Virus record (IMG/VR): IMGVR_UViG_3300032080_000003
Coordinates: 1 to 64,000 of that record
Strand: one strand, 5' to 3'
Length of the DNA: 64,000 nucleotides
Origin: a virus
A program made the translations under genes and the position numbers. Every line of letters starts with the position of its first letter. Position 1 is the stretch's first letter. Below, in pieces: positions 50,437-60,464 of the stretch. The notes beneath the pieces were generated by a model, which was not told the DNA's origin, did not search any database, and saw only the letters and a list, made by a program, of their open reading frames with translations.

Positions 50437-50621
50437 TGATCAGTGAACAAGGTAAAAAGCTTGTATCAGACTTGATGATGAACACAGGCGGTGATCCTGT
50501 AGAGTGGAAACAGAACTATGACAATCTGATTAACTTTATTGAACAATTGGAGAAAAGTGTTATTGACGCAGCTATCACTGATACTTTTAGTCCTGTAGAA
50601 GAAGTAGAGTGCTTACAATGA
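50436..50621 (+). CDS. hypothetical protein
   Basis: 61 aa from the ATG after GGAGG. Confidence 0.6.
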   Translation: MISEQGKKLVSDLMMNTGGDPVEWKQNYDNLINFIEQLEKSVIDAAITDTFSPVEEVECLQ

Positions 50622-50899
50622 AAACTTATCCCTTGGAGATTGAAATCTGTCACACAGAGGACGAGAAGATTTATCGTACAAAGGGTCACCACAGCACAGA
50701 AGATATGGTTGCAGCGCTGAAAGAGTTTGGCGTTACTGGTAAGTGGAGTTTACCAAAGCAACTCTATGTCAAAACAACTCCGGCACACAAAGACTCATGG
50801 TATGATTGCTTTTATGTTGTAGTTGATAAGAGTGTCCGTGGTTCATATCCGGCTACTTATGTTTATGAATATGGTGAAGAATATATGGAGGTTTTGTAA
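50618..50899 (+). CDS. hypothetical protein
   Basis: 93 aa with ATGA overlap. An alternative GTG start exists at 50609. Confidence 0.6.
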   Translation: MKTYPLEIEICHTEDEKIYRTKGHHSTEDMVAALKEFGVTGKWSLPKQLYVKTTPAHKDSWYDCFYVVVDKSVRGSYPATYVYEYGEEYMEVL

Positions 50900-51864
50900 T
50901 GAGCACACCAGCAATGGCAACACAAGTTGTAAAAGTGATCAGTATTGACGATCTTGGGATTAATGTTGTAGAACTACCCCATGGTACATATCTTATTGAT
51001 GGCGAAGTTGTAGATAATTCAGGATATAACTTTTACAACTCTAAACGTCAGATCAGTGTAAAGGACATTGATGGTATCCAATCAATCAGCACTACAAATG
51101 TGCTTACTGGTTATCTGTCTGATTCAGGCGAAACTATCTCTTTTTCTGATTACCAAGAGAAGCTTGAAGCTATTTGTAAAAATGCAACGGCGTATGATGG
51201 TGAGTTTGAATGGGCAAGTCTTGAAGATGAATTTGCATACCGTAAGTTTATGCAGACGTGGAAAGCTCAGTACAAAACAGAGACAACATATTCAGAGCCT
51301 TTGTTGATTGATCGTACACACATTCTGCAAGACACAGGCAACCGTTATATTAAGGCAGGGTTCTTGACAGGTGAAGCTAATATACCTTTATACAGCTATT
51401 CTCGCACCAATGCTGTGGCATCCCTTATGGCTAAGAAGTTTGAAAGTCTTGGTATGGAACGTAAAGAGAAGCTAAGCTATTCACAAACAGAGGGTAAGAA
51501 GGTCTGGAGTAACTCTGATCATTCTGGATTGGAATATGTGACAGCATTTGGTCGGTACATTATGGGTAAACCTAATCTGCCTAAGACACGAGGTGAATTT
51601 AAAGGTAGTCTTGACTATCTGACCAAGATTTATGAAGAAGATAAAAAGTGGATTGAAGATTTGATTCAAGTGGGCTATAATCTTCACTTTCGAAATGAAG
51701 GCGCTTCAAGTGTTCTAATTAAAGAACTGCACGATGGGCTCAAGACTTGTATTGCTTATATCAATACAATGGATGTCAAAGTGAAGTCTGAGACAAGTAA
51801 ACGCAGTGCTTTGGCACAGATTAATAAGTTACTTGAGAGTGTTAATCAAGAAGTGCTTAAATGA
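50899..51864 (+). CDS. hypothetical protein (replication-module associated)
   Basis: 321 aa, immediately upstream of the primase-helicase operon genes. No motif recognised. Confidence 0.7.
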   Translation: MSTPAMATQVVKVISIDDLGINVVELPHGTYLIDGEVVDNSGYNFYNSKRQISVKDIDGIQSISTTNVLTGYLSDSGETISFSDYQEKLEAICKNATAYDGEFEWASLEDEFAYRKFMQTWKAQYKTETTYSEPLLIDRTHILQDTGNRYIKAGFLTGEANIPLYSYSRTNAVASLMAKKFESLGMERKEKLSYSQTEGKKVWSNSDHSGLEYVTAFGRYIMGKPNLPKTRGEFKGSLDYLTKIYEEDKKWIEDLIQVGYNLHFRNEGASSVLIKELHDGLKTCIAYINTMDVKVKSETSKRSALAQINKLLESVNQEVLK

Positions 51865-52067
51865 CAATCGACATCGTAAAATGTCATCCTGTCAATTGCT
51901 CCCGTAAAGAAACCTGCCTGAGGTACACCCACCCACCACGTTCCAGATGGCAGGCTTATTTGACAGAGGGTGTTGTCAAGCTTGGTGATGCGGATAATGG
52001 GGAAGTGTGTCTTTGGTGGGTGGGAGATTATGAGGGGTTTGTTGTGAAGGGCGTGGGCTATGAATAA
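51861..52067 (+). CDS. hypothetical protein
   Basis: 68 aa. Confidence 0.6.
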   Translation: MTIDIVKCHPVNCSRKETCLRYTHPPRSRWQAYLTEGVVKLGDADNGEVCLWWVGDYEGFVVKGVGYE

Positions 52068-52082
52068 GGGTGAGGAGGGGTT

Positions 52083-53942
52083 GTGAGTAATATCAGAGAG
52101 ATTATCAGTCACTACCTAGATGTTTCGGGAGATAAGTGTTGCTGCCCTTTCCACAAAGAGCGCACTCCATCACTTAATATCTTTGATGCCACCAATTCTT
52201 TTTATTGTTTTGGTTGTGGTCAATCTGGTGATGAGATTGAATTTGTAAAAGAATACAAAGGGTTGACATTTCCCAACGCTGTAAAGGAAGTGTGTTCAAT
52301 TCTAAAACTGACTAAAGAGGAGCTTATGGAAAGTAAAGATAAAGAAAAAGTTGCTGAGAAAGTAGCTATTGAAAATGCTGAAGTTATGGATATTGAAGAG
52401 GTTAAATCCCTTATTCAATCTACAGGCTACGTTAGCAACGGATATCGTGGTATCCGAGATGAGATTAATAAATTCTTTGGTCATTTGAGTAAAGTTGATA
52501 ATCAAGGTAATGTTCTTGCTCGTTACTATCCTGAAACAAATAACAACGGTAAGTTGACAGGCTACAAATGCCGAAACACACCAAAGGACTTTAGTCACGG
52601 TAATCAAGGCATTACAGGTAGTAAAAGTCAGTTAAGTGGTCAGGTTAAGTTCAAGTCTCCGGCTAAATACGTCCTTTACGTCGGCGGTGAAGAAGACAAA
52701 GCAGCAGCTTTTCAGATGCTCAAGGATAACCGTAAGGATCAAGAGTTTGATTCCATTCCGGTTGTGAGTTCTACGGTTGGTGAATTGACAGCAGCAAAAC
52801 AAGCTGCTCAACAATACGACTGGTTTGATCAATATGATATCATCGTAATTGGTATGGATAACGATGAAGCTGGGCGAGTAGCAGCTAAAAAGATTGCTGA
52901 TGTACTCCCTAAAGAGAAAGTTCGTATTGCTACATGGTCTGGTAAAGATCCAAATCAAATGCTGATTGATGGGAAAGAGAAACAGTTTGTACGTGACTTC
53001 TACAACGCCAAGGAGTTCATCAGCAGTGGTATTTCTTCCTCCGGTGATGCTGAAGCGGGTTTGGCTGAATTCCTGACAGCACCTAAGATTGGCCTACCTC
53101 CTCAACTGAGTAAGCTTGAAGCTGCAATGCGTGGTGGTATTAAATCTACCGGATCAGTCGTGAATATCATTGGTGATACAAGTATTGGTAAGAGTTTTCT
53201 GTCTGATACCTTGATTTATCACTGGCTTTTCAATAGTCCTCGTGTACCAACTATCGTTAGCCTTGAACGTACAAAAGAAGAGTTAACAATTGATTTGTTG
53301 TCGATGCATCTTAAGAAAAACCTCATGTGGTTTACAGATGGTCACGATGCTGTTGACTATTTGAATCAGCCTGAAGTTCAGCTTCTAAAGAATAATCTAC
53401 TTTATAATGAGGTAGGTGAGCCACGGTTCTACATCATCGATGAAAGGGAAGGTGAGATTGAACTACTGAAGCGCCAGATGGAGAAAAGTGGTAAAGTCAA
53501 TGATTCTCGATTGATGGTTATTGACCCTCTCACTGACTTCTTGCGGTCCTTGGGTACGGAAGTGCAAGAAAACTTTATGATGTGGCAGAAATTGCAGAAG
53601 AAGAATGGGTTCGTGTTCATTAACATCCTGCACACCCGTAAGCCACCCACTGATAAAGATGGTAATGTACGAAAAGTAACGGAATATGATGCGTTAGGCT
53701 CCGGGACATTTATCCAGTCAGCAGACGTGAATATTGTGATCAATCGTGATAAGATGGCTAGTGATCCGATTGAAAAGAATACTACATACGTTGACATGCC
53801 AAAATGCCGTGGAGGTATCACTGGCGAGATTTGTGCGCTATACTATGACGCTGAAACTCGTCAACAGTATGATCGGGATGAGTATTTTAATAACCCAGTA
53901 GAAGAACCTCCGCAACATCATGCGGATGAGATTGATTTTTAA
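52083..53942 (+). CDS. bifunctional primase-helicase (T7 gp4-like)
   Basis: N-terminal CHC2 zinc finger CCPFHKERTPSLNIFDATNSFYCFGCG, a TOPRIM-like VIGMDNDEAG, and a C-terminal Walker A GDTSIGKSF. GTG start. Confidence 0.85.
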   Translation: MSNIREIISHYLDVSGDKCCCPFHKERTPSLNIFDATNSFYCFGCGQSGDEIEFVKEYKGLTFPNAVKEVCSILKLTKEELMESKDKEKVAEKVAIENAEVMDIEEVKSLIQSTGYVSNGYRGIRDEINKFFGHLSKVDNQGNVLARYYPETNNNGKLTGYKCRNTPKDFSHGNQGITGSKSQLSGQVKFKSPAKYVLYVGGEEDKAAAFQMLKDNRKDQEFDSIPVVSSTVGELTAAKQAAQQYDWFDQYDIIVIGMDNDEAGRVAAKKIADVLPKEKVRIATWSGKDPNQMLIDGKEKQFVRDFYNAKEFISSGISSSGDAEAGLAEFLTAPKIGLPPQLSKLEAAMRGGIKSTGSVVNIIGDTSIGKSFLSDTLIYHWLFNSPRVPTIVSLERTKEELTIDLLSMHLKKNLMWFTDGHDAVDYLNQPEVQLLKNNLLYNEVGEPRFYIIDEREGEIELLKRQMEKSGKVNDSRLMVIDPLTDFLRSLGTEVQENFMMWQKLQKKNGFVFINILHTRKPPTDKDGNVRKVTEYDALGSGTFIQSADVNIVINRDKMASDPIEKNTTYVDMPKCRGGITGEICALYYDAETRQQYDRDEYFNNPVEEPPQHHADEIDF

Positions 53943-53953
53943 GGAGAAAAGTT

Positions 53954-56143
53954 TTGGATAAGAAGTGGTATGAATCAGATTTCATTTACGACCTTGAAAG
54001 TTACCCGAACGTATTCTCTATGAGTATTATCCATGCTTCGGGTAAGCATATGCGAGTCTTTGAGATTAGTGACCGTAAGAATGAGATTGAAGGGATTGCT
54101 AAATGTTTGCGTTATCTGGTTCAGAATAAATGTCGTATGGTAGGTTTTAATAATCTCTCATATGACTACACTCTTATCCATGAAATCATTAAGTCTTTGA
54201 AAGAAGCTAAAGAAACAGGTAAAGCTTCAAAGATCACTGCTCAAAAGCTTTACAATCTAACAACACAAATCATAACAAAGATGCAGAATTCTGATGATAA
54301 GTGGTATGGTATTAAAGAGTCCGATCATTTTATTCAGCAAGTAGATTTGTATAAGATTCACCATATGGATAATATTGCAAAGGCTACATCTTTGAAGATG
54401 CTTGAAGTGAATATGCGTTCTACTAACGTAGAGGATTTACCTTTTCCTGTTGGTAAGAAGCTTTCAAGTTCTGAGATTGATACACTTTTACACTATAACA
54501 AACACGATGTTAATGAGACATTAAAATTCTATTACTACTCCTATGAGGCAATTGAGCTACGTAAAGAATTGTCAGAAAAGTTTGGTTTCGATTGCACAAA
54601 CTCAAGTGATTCAAAGATCGGTGAAACTCTGTTTATTAATCGACTTGAGCAAGCACAGAAAGGTTTATGCTACACAACAGGGAAGTTTGGACGTAAGATT
54701 AATCAGACAAAACGAGACAGTATTCCTCTAAAAGATTGTCTGTTTAAATACTTGAAGTTTGAACGTCCAGAGTTTAAAGCTGTACATCAATGGTTGATGG
54801 GTCAAACTGTCAGTGAAACCAAAGGTGTGTTTAATGACTATGAGGAACACCAGATTGGTGAGCTTGCTAAATACGCTCAGATGAAAACCAAGAAGGTGTT
54901 GTTCAAGAATAAATTGAATCTGGATAAGAATGGTAAAGCAAAACCAGACTTTGATTTTACAGATATCAAACATCTTGAAGAACTTCAGAATCAGAAAGAG
55001 TTATTCCTTAAAGATCACCCTATGGGATTGTTTGAGGAGAAAGAAACAAAAACTTCACGTTCACACAAGATTAAAGTAAGCGGTACATACCGTGTAGTCG
55101 AGGCAATCAATACAGTTATTGATGGGAAAGTGTATGTCTACGGTACTGGTGGTATCCATATGTCTATTGAAAGTCAGACTGTACGCTCTGATGATGAATG
55201 GATGATTCTGGACGCTGATGTTACCTCGATGTACCCTTCGATTTCTATTGCAAACAATGTATATCCTGAACATTTAGGTCAAACATTCTGTAAGGTGTAT
55301 AAGGACCTGTTTAATGAACGAGGTCGATATCCTAAAGGTAGCGGTCCAAATGGTGCCATCAAGCTTGCATTGAACTCTGTGTATGGTAAGTCCAACAGTG
55401 AGTTTAGTCCGCTGTATGATCCAAAATACACACTGACAATCACGCTTAATGGTCAACTTTGCTTGTCTATGCTAGCGGAACAATTGATTGGTTTGGGTTG
55501 TCAGATGATTCAGTGCAATACAGATGGCGTTACAGCCTTGGTTCCACGTAGTAAGGAAGCTGAGTATTATGCAATCACAAAAGCTTGGGAAGAAACTGTT
55601 GGACTTAAGCTTGAGTATGCTGTATATTCAATGATGGCATTAGGGAACGTAAATAATTACGTAGCGGTGTATGCGGATGGTAAAGTAAAGAGTAAAGGTC
55701 AATATGAAGTTGCACACTTTGAGAAGCTTGGATGGTCTAAAAACCACTCTGCGATGATTGTGGCAAAAGCAGCTTTGGATTACATTGTTTATGGTATTGA
55801 TATTGAAAAGACTATTCGTGAATGTAAAGATGAATTTGACTTTTGTTTGAGAGCCAAAGTACCACGTAGTTCACAGTTGTATTTGTGCTACGAAGATGGT
55901 CGAGAGGTTCAACAACAGAATATCTGTCGATACTACCCTTCAGAACAAGGTGGTAAACTTGTTAAGCTGATGCCAGCTTTAATTGCTGGTGGTGATTGGA
56001 GGAGACTCGGACTTGATACGGAATGGACAGTAGAGACTTGTAACAATATTAAAGAGTTTGATTGGACTAAACTTAACTACAATTATTACATCAAAGAAGC
56101 ACAGAAGCTGATCAATGGTGTGGGAATAAATACTGGTGATTAA
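53954..56143 (+). CDS. family B DNA polymerase
   Basis: Exo I FIYDLESYPN, Exo II GFNNLSYDYTLI, Exo III YNKHDVNETL, motif A DADVTSMYPSI, motif B KLALNSVYGKS, motif C QCNTDGV. TTG start after AAGGAG. Confidence 0.9.
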   Translation: MDKKWYESDFIYDLESYPNVFSMSIIHASGKHMRVFEISDRKNEIEGIAKCLRYLVQNKCRMVGFNNLSYDYTLIHEIIKSLKEAKETGKASKITAQKLYNLTTQIITKMQNSDDKWYGIKESDHFIQQVDLYKIHHMDNIAKATSLKMLEVNMRSTNVEDLPFPVGKKLSSSEIDTLLHYNKHDVNETLKFYYYSYEAIELRKELSEKFGFDCTNSSDSKIGETLFINRLEQAQKGLCYTTGKFGRKINQTKRDSIPLKDCLFKYLKFERPEFKAVHQWLMGQTVSETKGVFNDYEEHQIGELAKYAQMKTKKVLFKNKLNLDKNGKAKPDFDFTDIKHLEELQNQKELFLKDHPMGLFEEKETKTSRSHKIKVSGTYRVVEAINTVIDGKVYVYGTGGIHMSIESQTVRSDDEWMILDADVTSMYPSISIANNVYPEHLGQTFCKVYKDLFNERGRYPKGSGPNGAIKLALNSVYGKSNSEFSPLYDPKYTLTITLNGQLCLSMLAEQLIGLGCQMIQCNTDGVTALVPRSKEAEYYAITKAWEETVGLKLEYAVYSMMALGNVNNYVAVYADGKVKSKGQYEVAHFEKLGWSKNHSAMIVAKAALDYIVYGIDIEKTIRECKDEFDFCLRAKVPRSSQLYLCYEDGREVQQQNICRYYPSEQGGKLVKLMPALIAGGDWRRLGLDTEWTVETCNNIKEFDWTKLNYNYYIKEAQKLINGVGINTGD

Positions 56144-57087
56144 TGGATATTATTGGACAGAAATTTAATAGGCTAACGGTAATTGGAGAAGCACCACATA
56201 AAGTTTTTCCAACTGGTCGAAAGAGACAAGTAGAGGCTATTTGTGAATGCGGTACAATGGGTATCTATGTTCTTGCAGCAATGAGGAACGGTAATACTAA
56301 ATCGTGTGGCTGCTACAATAAAGAACGCATCACCACTCACGGTATGAATGAAACACGTCAGTATCAAACTTGGGCTGATATGAAGACACGGTGTGATAAT
56401 GTTAAACATGCATGGTATCCAGAGTATGGAGAGCGTGGTATTGGTTACCAAGATTCTTGGGTTAAATTTGAATCCTTTTGGGAGGATATGAAAGAAACTT
56501 ATCAACATCATTTGACACTTGACCGTATTGATAATGATAAAGGATATTCTAAAGATAATTGTCGTTGGGCTGAAGCTAAATACCAAAGTCATAATCAGCG
56601 TAAATCTAAGAATGCTAAAAATAAATATATTGGTGTCCGTATAGATGATAAGTGTGATAACATAGGCGTGCGTATTAAGAACAATGGTAAAAATCTGCAC
56701 CTTGGAACTTTTGAAACTGAAGAATTGGGCGCAAAGGCTTATGATGATGCTTCAGAGATACTTTATGGTGATAGACCTAACAAAACATCACCAGTGGAGG
56801 ATTTTATCCTAGAGAAGGTTACTGCGCGTATTGAAGGTCATTTGAGAGGTGAAAAATTCACTGCATCAGGGTCTACTTTTAAAAATGCTACAATTAATGA
56901 GCAACAAGCTGTAGAAATCTATCTGTTAGCTCATGAAGGTGTGTTGACACAGAAAGAGATTGCTGCTAGATTTAACGTGATTCAGAGTCAAGTTTCAGCA
57001 ATAAAACGCGGAGCATCTTGGACACAGGCTACAAAAGAGGTAAGAGAAATAAAAAGTACTTCCCATCCCTCAACAAATGCTTTATAA
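56143..57087 (+). CDS. homing endonuclease-like protein, family 2
   Basis: Paralog of 23956..24723 and 62969..63634: FNRLTVIGEAP, CECGT..TKSCGC, THGM, MKTRCDN, LDRIDNDKGYSKDNCRWA. The ATG overlaps the polymerase stop. Confidence 0.75.
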   Translation: MDIIGQKFNRLTVIGEAPHKVFPTGRKRQVEAICECGTMGIYVLAAMRNGNTKSCGCYNKERITTHGMNETRQYQTWADMKTRCDNVKHAWYPEYGERGIGYQDSWVKFESFWEDMKETYQHHLTLDRIDNDKGYSKDNCRWAEAKYQSHNQRKSKNAKNKYIGVRIDDKCDNIGVRIKNNGKNLHLGTFETEELGAKAYDDASEILYGDRPNKTSPVEDFILEKVTARIEGHLRGEKFTASGSTFKNATINEQQAVEIYLLAHEGVLTQKEIAARFNVIQSQVSAIKRGASWTQATKEVREIKSTSHPSTNAL

Positions 57088-57131
57088 TAGATGTGTACAA
57101 ATTAATTCAATGATGTAAATAGGAGAGAAAG

Positions 57132-57353
57132 ATGAAAATTGAGAAAGCTAAGAAAGAGTTTACTCCGGTGACTCTTACATTTGAGACTCAGGCAGAACTT
57201 GATTTCTTTGCGGAAGTGTTTTATCGTGTAGGTGGAAGTAAAGTCAAAGAGGTATTTGGCGAAGAAGAGACAGTCTATAATCTGCTGGCAGATATGGGTG
57301 GCTATGTCAATGATGAATGCCCTAAGACGACTGGAAGTATCCACGTAAACTAA
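57132..57353 (+). CDS. hypothetical protein
   Basis: 73 aa with SD AGGAGAG. Confidence 0.65.
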   Translation: MKIEKAKKEFTPVTLTFETQAELDFFAEVFYRVGGSKVKEVFGEEETVYNLLADMGGYVNDECPKTTGSIHVN

Positions 57354-57373
57354 TTTAAAACTGGAGAACCAAA

Positions 57374-57544
57374 ATGTATAAATTTACATATGCTGTACAA
57401 AACACTGATAGCATCTTCGCACAAGATATCCCTTCGCGCTCTATGGCTCGCGAGGAGTTGCGCAACATCAAAGCATGTGGCTACAAGGATGCACAGATTG
57501 TGAGAACGGAGTGGATCGTTGTTAACTCTAAGCAAATTCGGTGA
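57374..57544 (+). CDS. hypothetical small protein
   Basis: 56 aa with SD TGGAGAA. Confidence 0.5.
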   Translation: MYKFTYAVQNTDSIFAQDIPSRSMAREELRNIKACGYKDAQIVRTEWIVVNSKQIR

Positions 57545-57547
57545 CTT

Positions 57548-57772
57548 ATGAAACCACTTGTTAATCAGCATCAAGTTAACTACCACTATAAGAAGTGGCA
57601 AGAAGCTCTTGAGGCAGTGGGTAAGGAAGCTGATCACTTGTTTGAAACTAAAGGTGAAGCTGTAATCGGCCCTGAGAACCCCTACTTCGTCAGTCTTGTG
57701 TTTCATGAAATTGATTGTGAACAACGTTATAATATGGCTGCTGGGATTCCTGAGCCTGAACATATTCATTAA
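57548..57772 (+). CDS. hypothetical protein
   Basis: 74 aa. Confidence 0.6.
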   Translation: MKPLVNQHQVNYHYKKWQEALEAVGKEADHLFETKGEAVIGPENPYFVSLVFHEIDCEQRYNMAAGIPEPEHIH

Positions 57773-57784
57773 GGAGACTTTACA

Positions 57785-58081
57785 TTGAAAGCTATTTTGT
57801 TGATTCTGGGCGCTGTAGTGGGACTGGCCTTGCTAGGTATTTGGTGGGGTTATGCAATTCATGTTCTATGGGCTTGGTTTGTAGTTCCAATCGGCCTCCC
57901 TGCAATCAGTATTGCTCAAGCTTATGGTTTGAGTGTCCTGTTTGGTCTGTTCATGAATACACGTGGCCTAGATGTTGGTAAAGAAAAGACTAGTGATGAA
58001 TGGGCAGTAAGTGTTACAATTGGTGTTCTCATGCCGGCAGTTGCACTGTTGTTTGGTTGGATTGCTGTAGGGTTTATGTAA
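57785..58081 (+). CDS. membrane protein (3 predicted TM helices)
   Basis: 98 aa with a TTG start. Almost entirely hydrophobic (ILLILGAVVGLALLGIWWGYAIHVLWAWFVVPIGL...). Confidence 0.6.
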   Translation: MKAILLILGAVVGLALLGIWWGYAIHVLWAWFVVPIGLPAISIAQAYGLSVLFGLFMNTRGLDVGKEKTSDEWAVSVTIGVLMPAVALLFGWIAVGFM

Positions 58082-58174
58082 AGATACATGTAAAGAATTT
58101 GTCTTCGGATAAATAAGCAACAAATGTCTCACAAACGCGACAAAATTAAACGCAAACTAAATAGAGAGAAATAA

Positions 58175-58876
58175 ATGACTAGTATTATCCTGAAAGACCT
58201 GCCTAAAACTGGTGGCTTGGAATCTGCAAACCTTTACATCCTGAACACTCCTGTATTTTACGCAGCAGTTCATGAAGTTAAAAAGAAGTTCCAATCTGAG
58301 GATCGTGAATATAGCCTTACAGCTTTTATTGATGAGGAGACTAAAGACAAACTGCTTGATGAGGTGATGGTTAACAAGACCTTTGCACAAGTTGGCATCA
58401 CCAAAACATCTAAACCCCCACGTCGGATTAAATATCCGCTGTCTTCTCAAGTTGAAGAAGGTAAGGTGAATTATGATGCTGTTGATGGTCTGTGGGGTTT
58501 TAACCTTGCTAAACCTGAGTTCTCGAAAAAAGGTAATCTCATGTCGGTTAATGTTATCGACAAAGAAGGTAATGCTTTTACAGACAACATTGGTAATGGC
58601 TCCGTAGTCACATTGAAACTGTTCGGCTACCGTAATCAAGATGGTCAATTGGTTGTAACTCTGGATACTGTGCAGGTTGTAGAGCACGTACCATATGAAG
58701 GTAAGACTTCCTCTGATGAGGTTGTTGATGATGTACTTGGCAGCTACAAAGTTAAGAAGGTTGAAGCTAAGGCTGCTGCTGAGGAGAAAGAAGAAGCTGA
58801 TGTTCCAACGCCTAAGTCTAAAGCTAAACCTGCTCCATTGGAAATTGACGAGGAAGAAGATCCACTTCCGTTCTGA
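58175..58876 (+). CDS. single-stranded DNA-binding protein (T7 gp2.5-like)
   Basis: IGNGSVVTLKLFGY and VTLDTVQVVE align by eye with gp2.5 IGGGSKLKVKYSLVPY and LQLESVMLVE. Acidic C-terminal tail ends in an aromatic residue (EIDEEEDPLPF). Confidence 0.7.
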   Translation: MTSIILKDLPKTGGLESANLYILNTPVFYAAVHEVKKKFQSEDREYSLTAFIDEETKDKLLDEVMVNKTFAQVGITKTSKPPRRIKYPLSSQVEEGKVNYDAVDGLWGFNLAKPEFSKKGNLMSVNVIDKEGNAFTDNIGNGSVVTLKLFGYRNQDGQLVVTLDTVQVVEHVPYEGKTSSDEVVDDVLGSYKVKKVEAKAAAEEKEEADVPTPKSKAKPAPLEIDEEEDPLPF

Positions 58877-58890
58877 TCTAACAACCAATT

Positions 58891-58912
58891 GAGGCAAGGA
58901 TGCCTCTCATTT
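58891..58912 (+). terminator. hairpin gaggca-agga-tgcctc plus a U-rich tail
   Basis: Lies after the SSB gene. Confidence 0.5.
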
Positions 58913-58927
58913 AATTAGGAGAGATTT

Positions 58928-59179
58928 ATGACTGTAGATATTCAAGCTGTATTGAATTGTCCACTAGAAGAAAATGATTCTGGAGCAGATACAGTAAAAG
59001 GCTACCTTAAAGCGCTTCTATTTACGCTGTGGGATGAGGATGAAGGGTTCAGTGGTAAACGTCCATTTGGTAATTCTGGCTGGGAATACGAGCTTACAGA
59101 ACCATTGATTGAAAAACAGCTAGCAAAAACACATGCTGAAGCTAAGAAACTGATTTTCAAAGCTATTCAGGCCCTTTAA
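58928..59179 (+). CDS. hypothetical protein
   Basis: 83 aa with SD AGGAGAG. Confidence 0.65.
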   Translation: MTVDIQAVLNCPLEENDSGADTVKGYLKALLFTLWDEDEGFSGKRPFGNSGWEYELTEPLIEKQLAKTHAEAKKLIFKAIQAL

Positions 59180-59197
59180 ATTATTAGGAGAAACAAA

Positions 59198-59473
59198 ATG
59201 AGCATTACACTGTCGAAAGAATCCCTGTACGAACGAGCCAAAGCACTGTACCAAGAAGTAGTAACACTTGAGCAAGACTTGGAAGCACTAGGTGATGAAT
59301 TTACTTTTGTAAAAGAAGAGAACCAATTGGGCCTTGAAAAGAAGTTGGTTAAAGCCACTCTTAAAGCTGCTGAAACTTACGTTCGTAATAACGTTGATAA
59401 AGTTGAAGATAAGATTGTAAAAGATCAGGAGTTCTTGGAATTCTATAAAGAGATTTCTGGCGAGTATCAGTAA
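59198..59473 (+). CDS. hypothetical protein
   Basis: 91 aa with SD AGGAGAA. Confidence 0.65.
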   Translation: MSITLSKESLYERAKALYQEVVTLEQDLEALGDEFTFVKEENQLGLEKKLVKATLKAAETYVRNNVDKVEDKIVKDQEFLEFYKEISGEYQ

Positions 59474-59480
59474 ACAATAT

Positions 59481-59505
59481 AGGGGCTTTGTGGCCCCTTT
59501 TCTTT
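59481..59505 (+). terminator. rho-independent terminator
   Basis: aggggc-tttgtg-gcccct followed by TTTTCTTTGG. Confidence 0.7.
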
Positions 59506-59519
59506 GGAGGTAACTATGT

Positions 59520-60464
59520 GTGAGTAAGCTACTCTTGATTGATGCGGACACGATCCTCTATGCCGCTGCATCACAACAACAAACCAACAAGTGCCTTGCA
59601 ACTAACATTGAATACGGGACACAACGACTGTTTGATTCAAAAACCCTGTTCAATGATTGGCTTAAGATTACCCCAAATCGCACAAAGGATATGTACAGCT
59701 TTGAAACTGTAAGCGAAGTTGTGGGTGAGCCTAAGTTTGCATTCCAAACAATCAAGCAGAAAGTCGAAGCGATTGTTGAAGCATCTGGTTGTAAAGATTA
59801 TCGTGTATGCATCCAAGGTGAAGGGAACTTCAGGAAGTATTATGAATCACAGTTTGTGAACTACAAAGGACAACGTACAGCTAAGCCTCTATTGTTCCAA
59901 GAATGCTTTGACTTCATGGAGAAAAAGTACAAGACAAAGTGCGTTGTGTCTAAAGGTATAGAGACGGATGACTATGTTAATATCTTCGCTTGGGCGGGCT
60001 ATAATGCCGCTGTAAAGAGCGGGAATAAGGATGATTCAGAGTTTGTTGTAGCCTATGTAGACAAGGATATTGTGAGTAATGGTCGTGGATGGTTTCTGAA
60101 CTACAATAAGCTTGAGAATGGTGTATTCTGGAATGATGCTGTAAGTCAATACACAAAGTATTGGTCTCAAGTGTTGCATGGTGATTCGGCAGATAATATC
60201 TTAGGGCTTGAAAAGCTTACACAAGAGACCAAAGAGAAGTATGGCATTAAAACCAATGGTGTTGGTGAAGTAGCATCTGCAAAGATTCTTGAAGGTGCTA
60301 AGACAGAGTTGGAAATGTTTCAACGTGTTGAGGAAGCTTACAAGTTTTCTTGGCCTGAAGATTATCAAGAGCGATTAGCTGACAACTGTTTCTTCTTGTA
60401 CTTGCAACGTAAGGAAGGAGAGATGTTTAACCTTTATGAATATGTGGAGAGTTTGAATGCCTGA
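59520..60464 (+). CDS. 5'-3' exonuclease (T7 gp6 / FEN-like)
   Basis: LLLIDADTILYAAA, NYKGQRTAKP, GIETDDYVNI, YVDKDI and HGDSADNILGL parallel the T7 gp6 motifs. GTG start after GGAGG. Confidence 0.75.
   Translation: MSKLLLIDADTILYAAASQQQTNKCLATNIEYGTQRLFDSKTLFNDWLKITPNRTKDMYSFETVSEVVGEPKFAFQTIKQKVEAIVEASGCKDYRVCIQGEGNFRKYYESQFVNYKGQRTAKPLLFQECFDFMEKKYKTKCVVSKGIETDDYVNIFAWAGYNAAVKSGNKDDSEFVVAYVDKDIVSNGRGWFLNYNKLENGVFWNDAVSQYTKYWSQVLHGDSADNILGLEKLTQETKEKYGIKTNGVGEVASAKILEGAKTELEMFQRVEEAYKFSWPEDYQERLADNCFFLYLQRKEGEMFNLYEYVESLNA

Noticed and set aside
56173-56700. 175-aa minus-strand ORF, with similar antisense ORFs at 25085..25621, 52302..52958, 53429..53821, 54728..55456 and 57350..57769
   Set aside because: - All lie inside, and antisense to, motif-supported genes (homing endonuclease, ClpP-like protease, primase-helicase, PolB).
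- They are hydrophobic and low-complexity, lack an SD and do not tile with their neighbours.
58157-58897. 246-aa minus-strand ORF covering the whole SSB gene
   Set aside because: - It is antisense to the gp2.5-like ORF, which has recognisable motifs and a good SD.
- The translation is Phe/Leu/Asn-rich with no start context.
- It lies on the opposite strand to the whole replication block.
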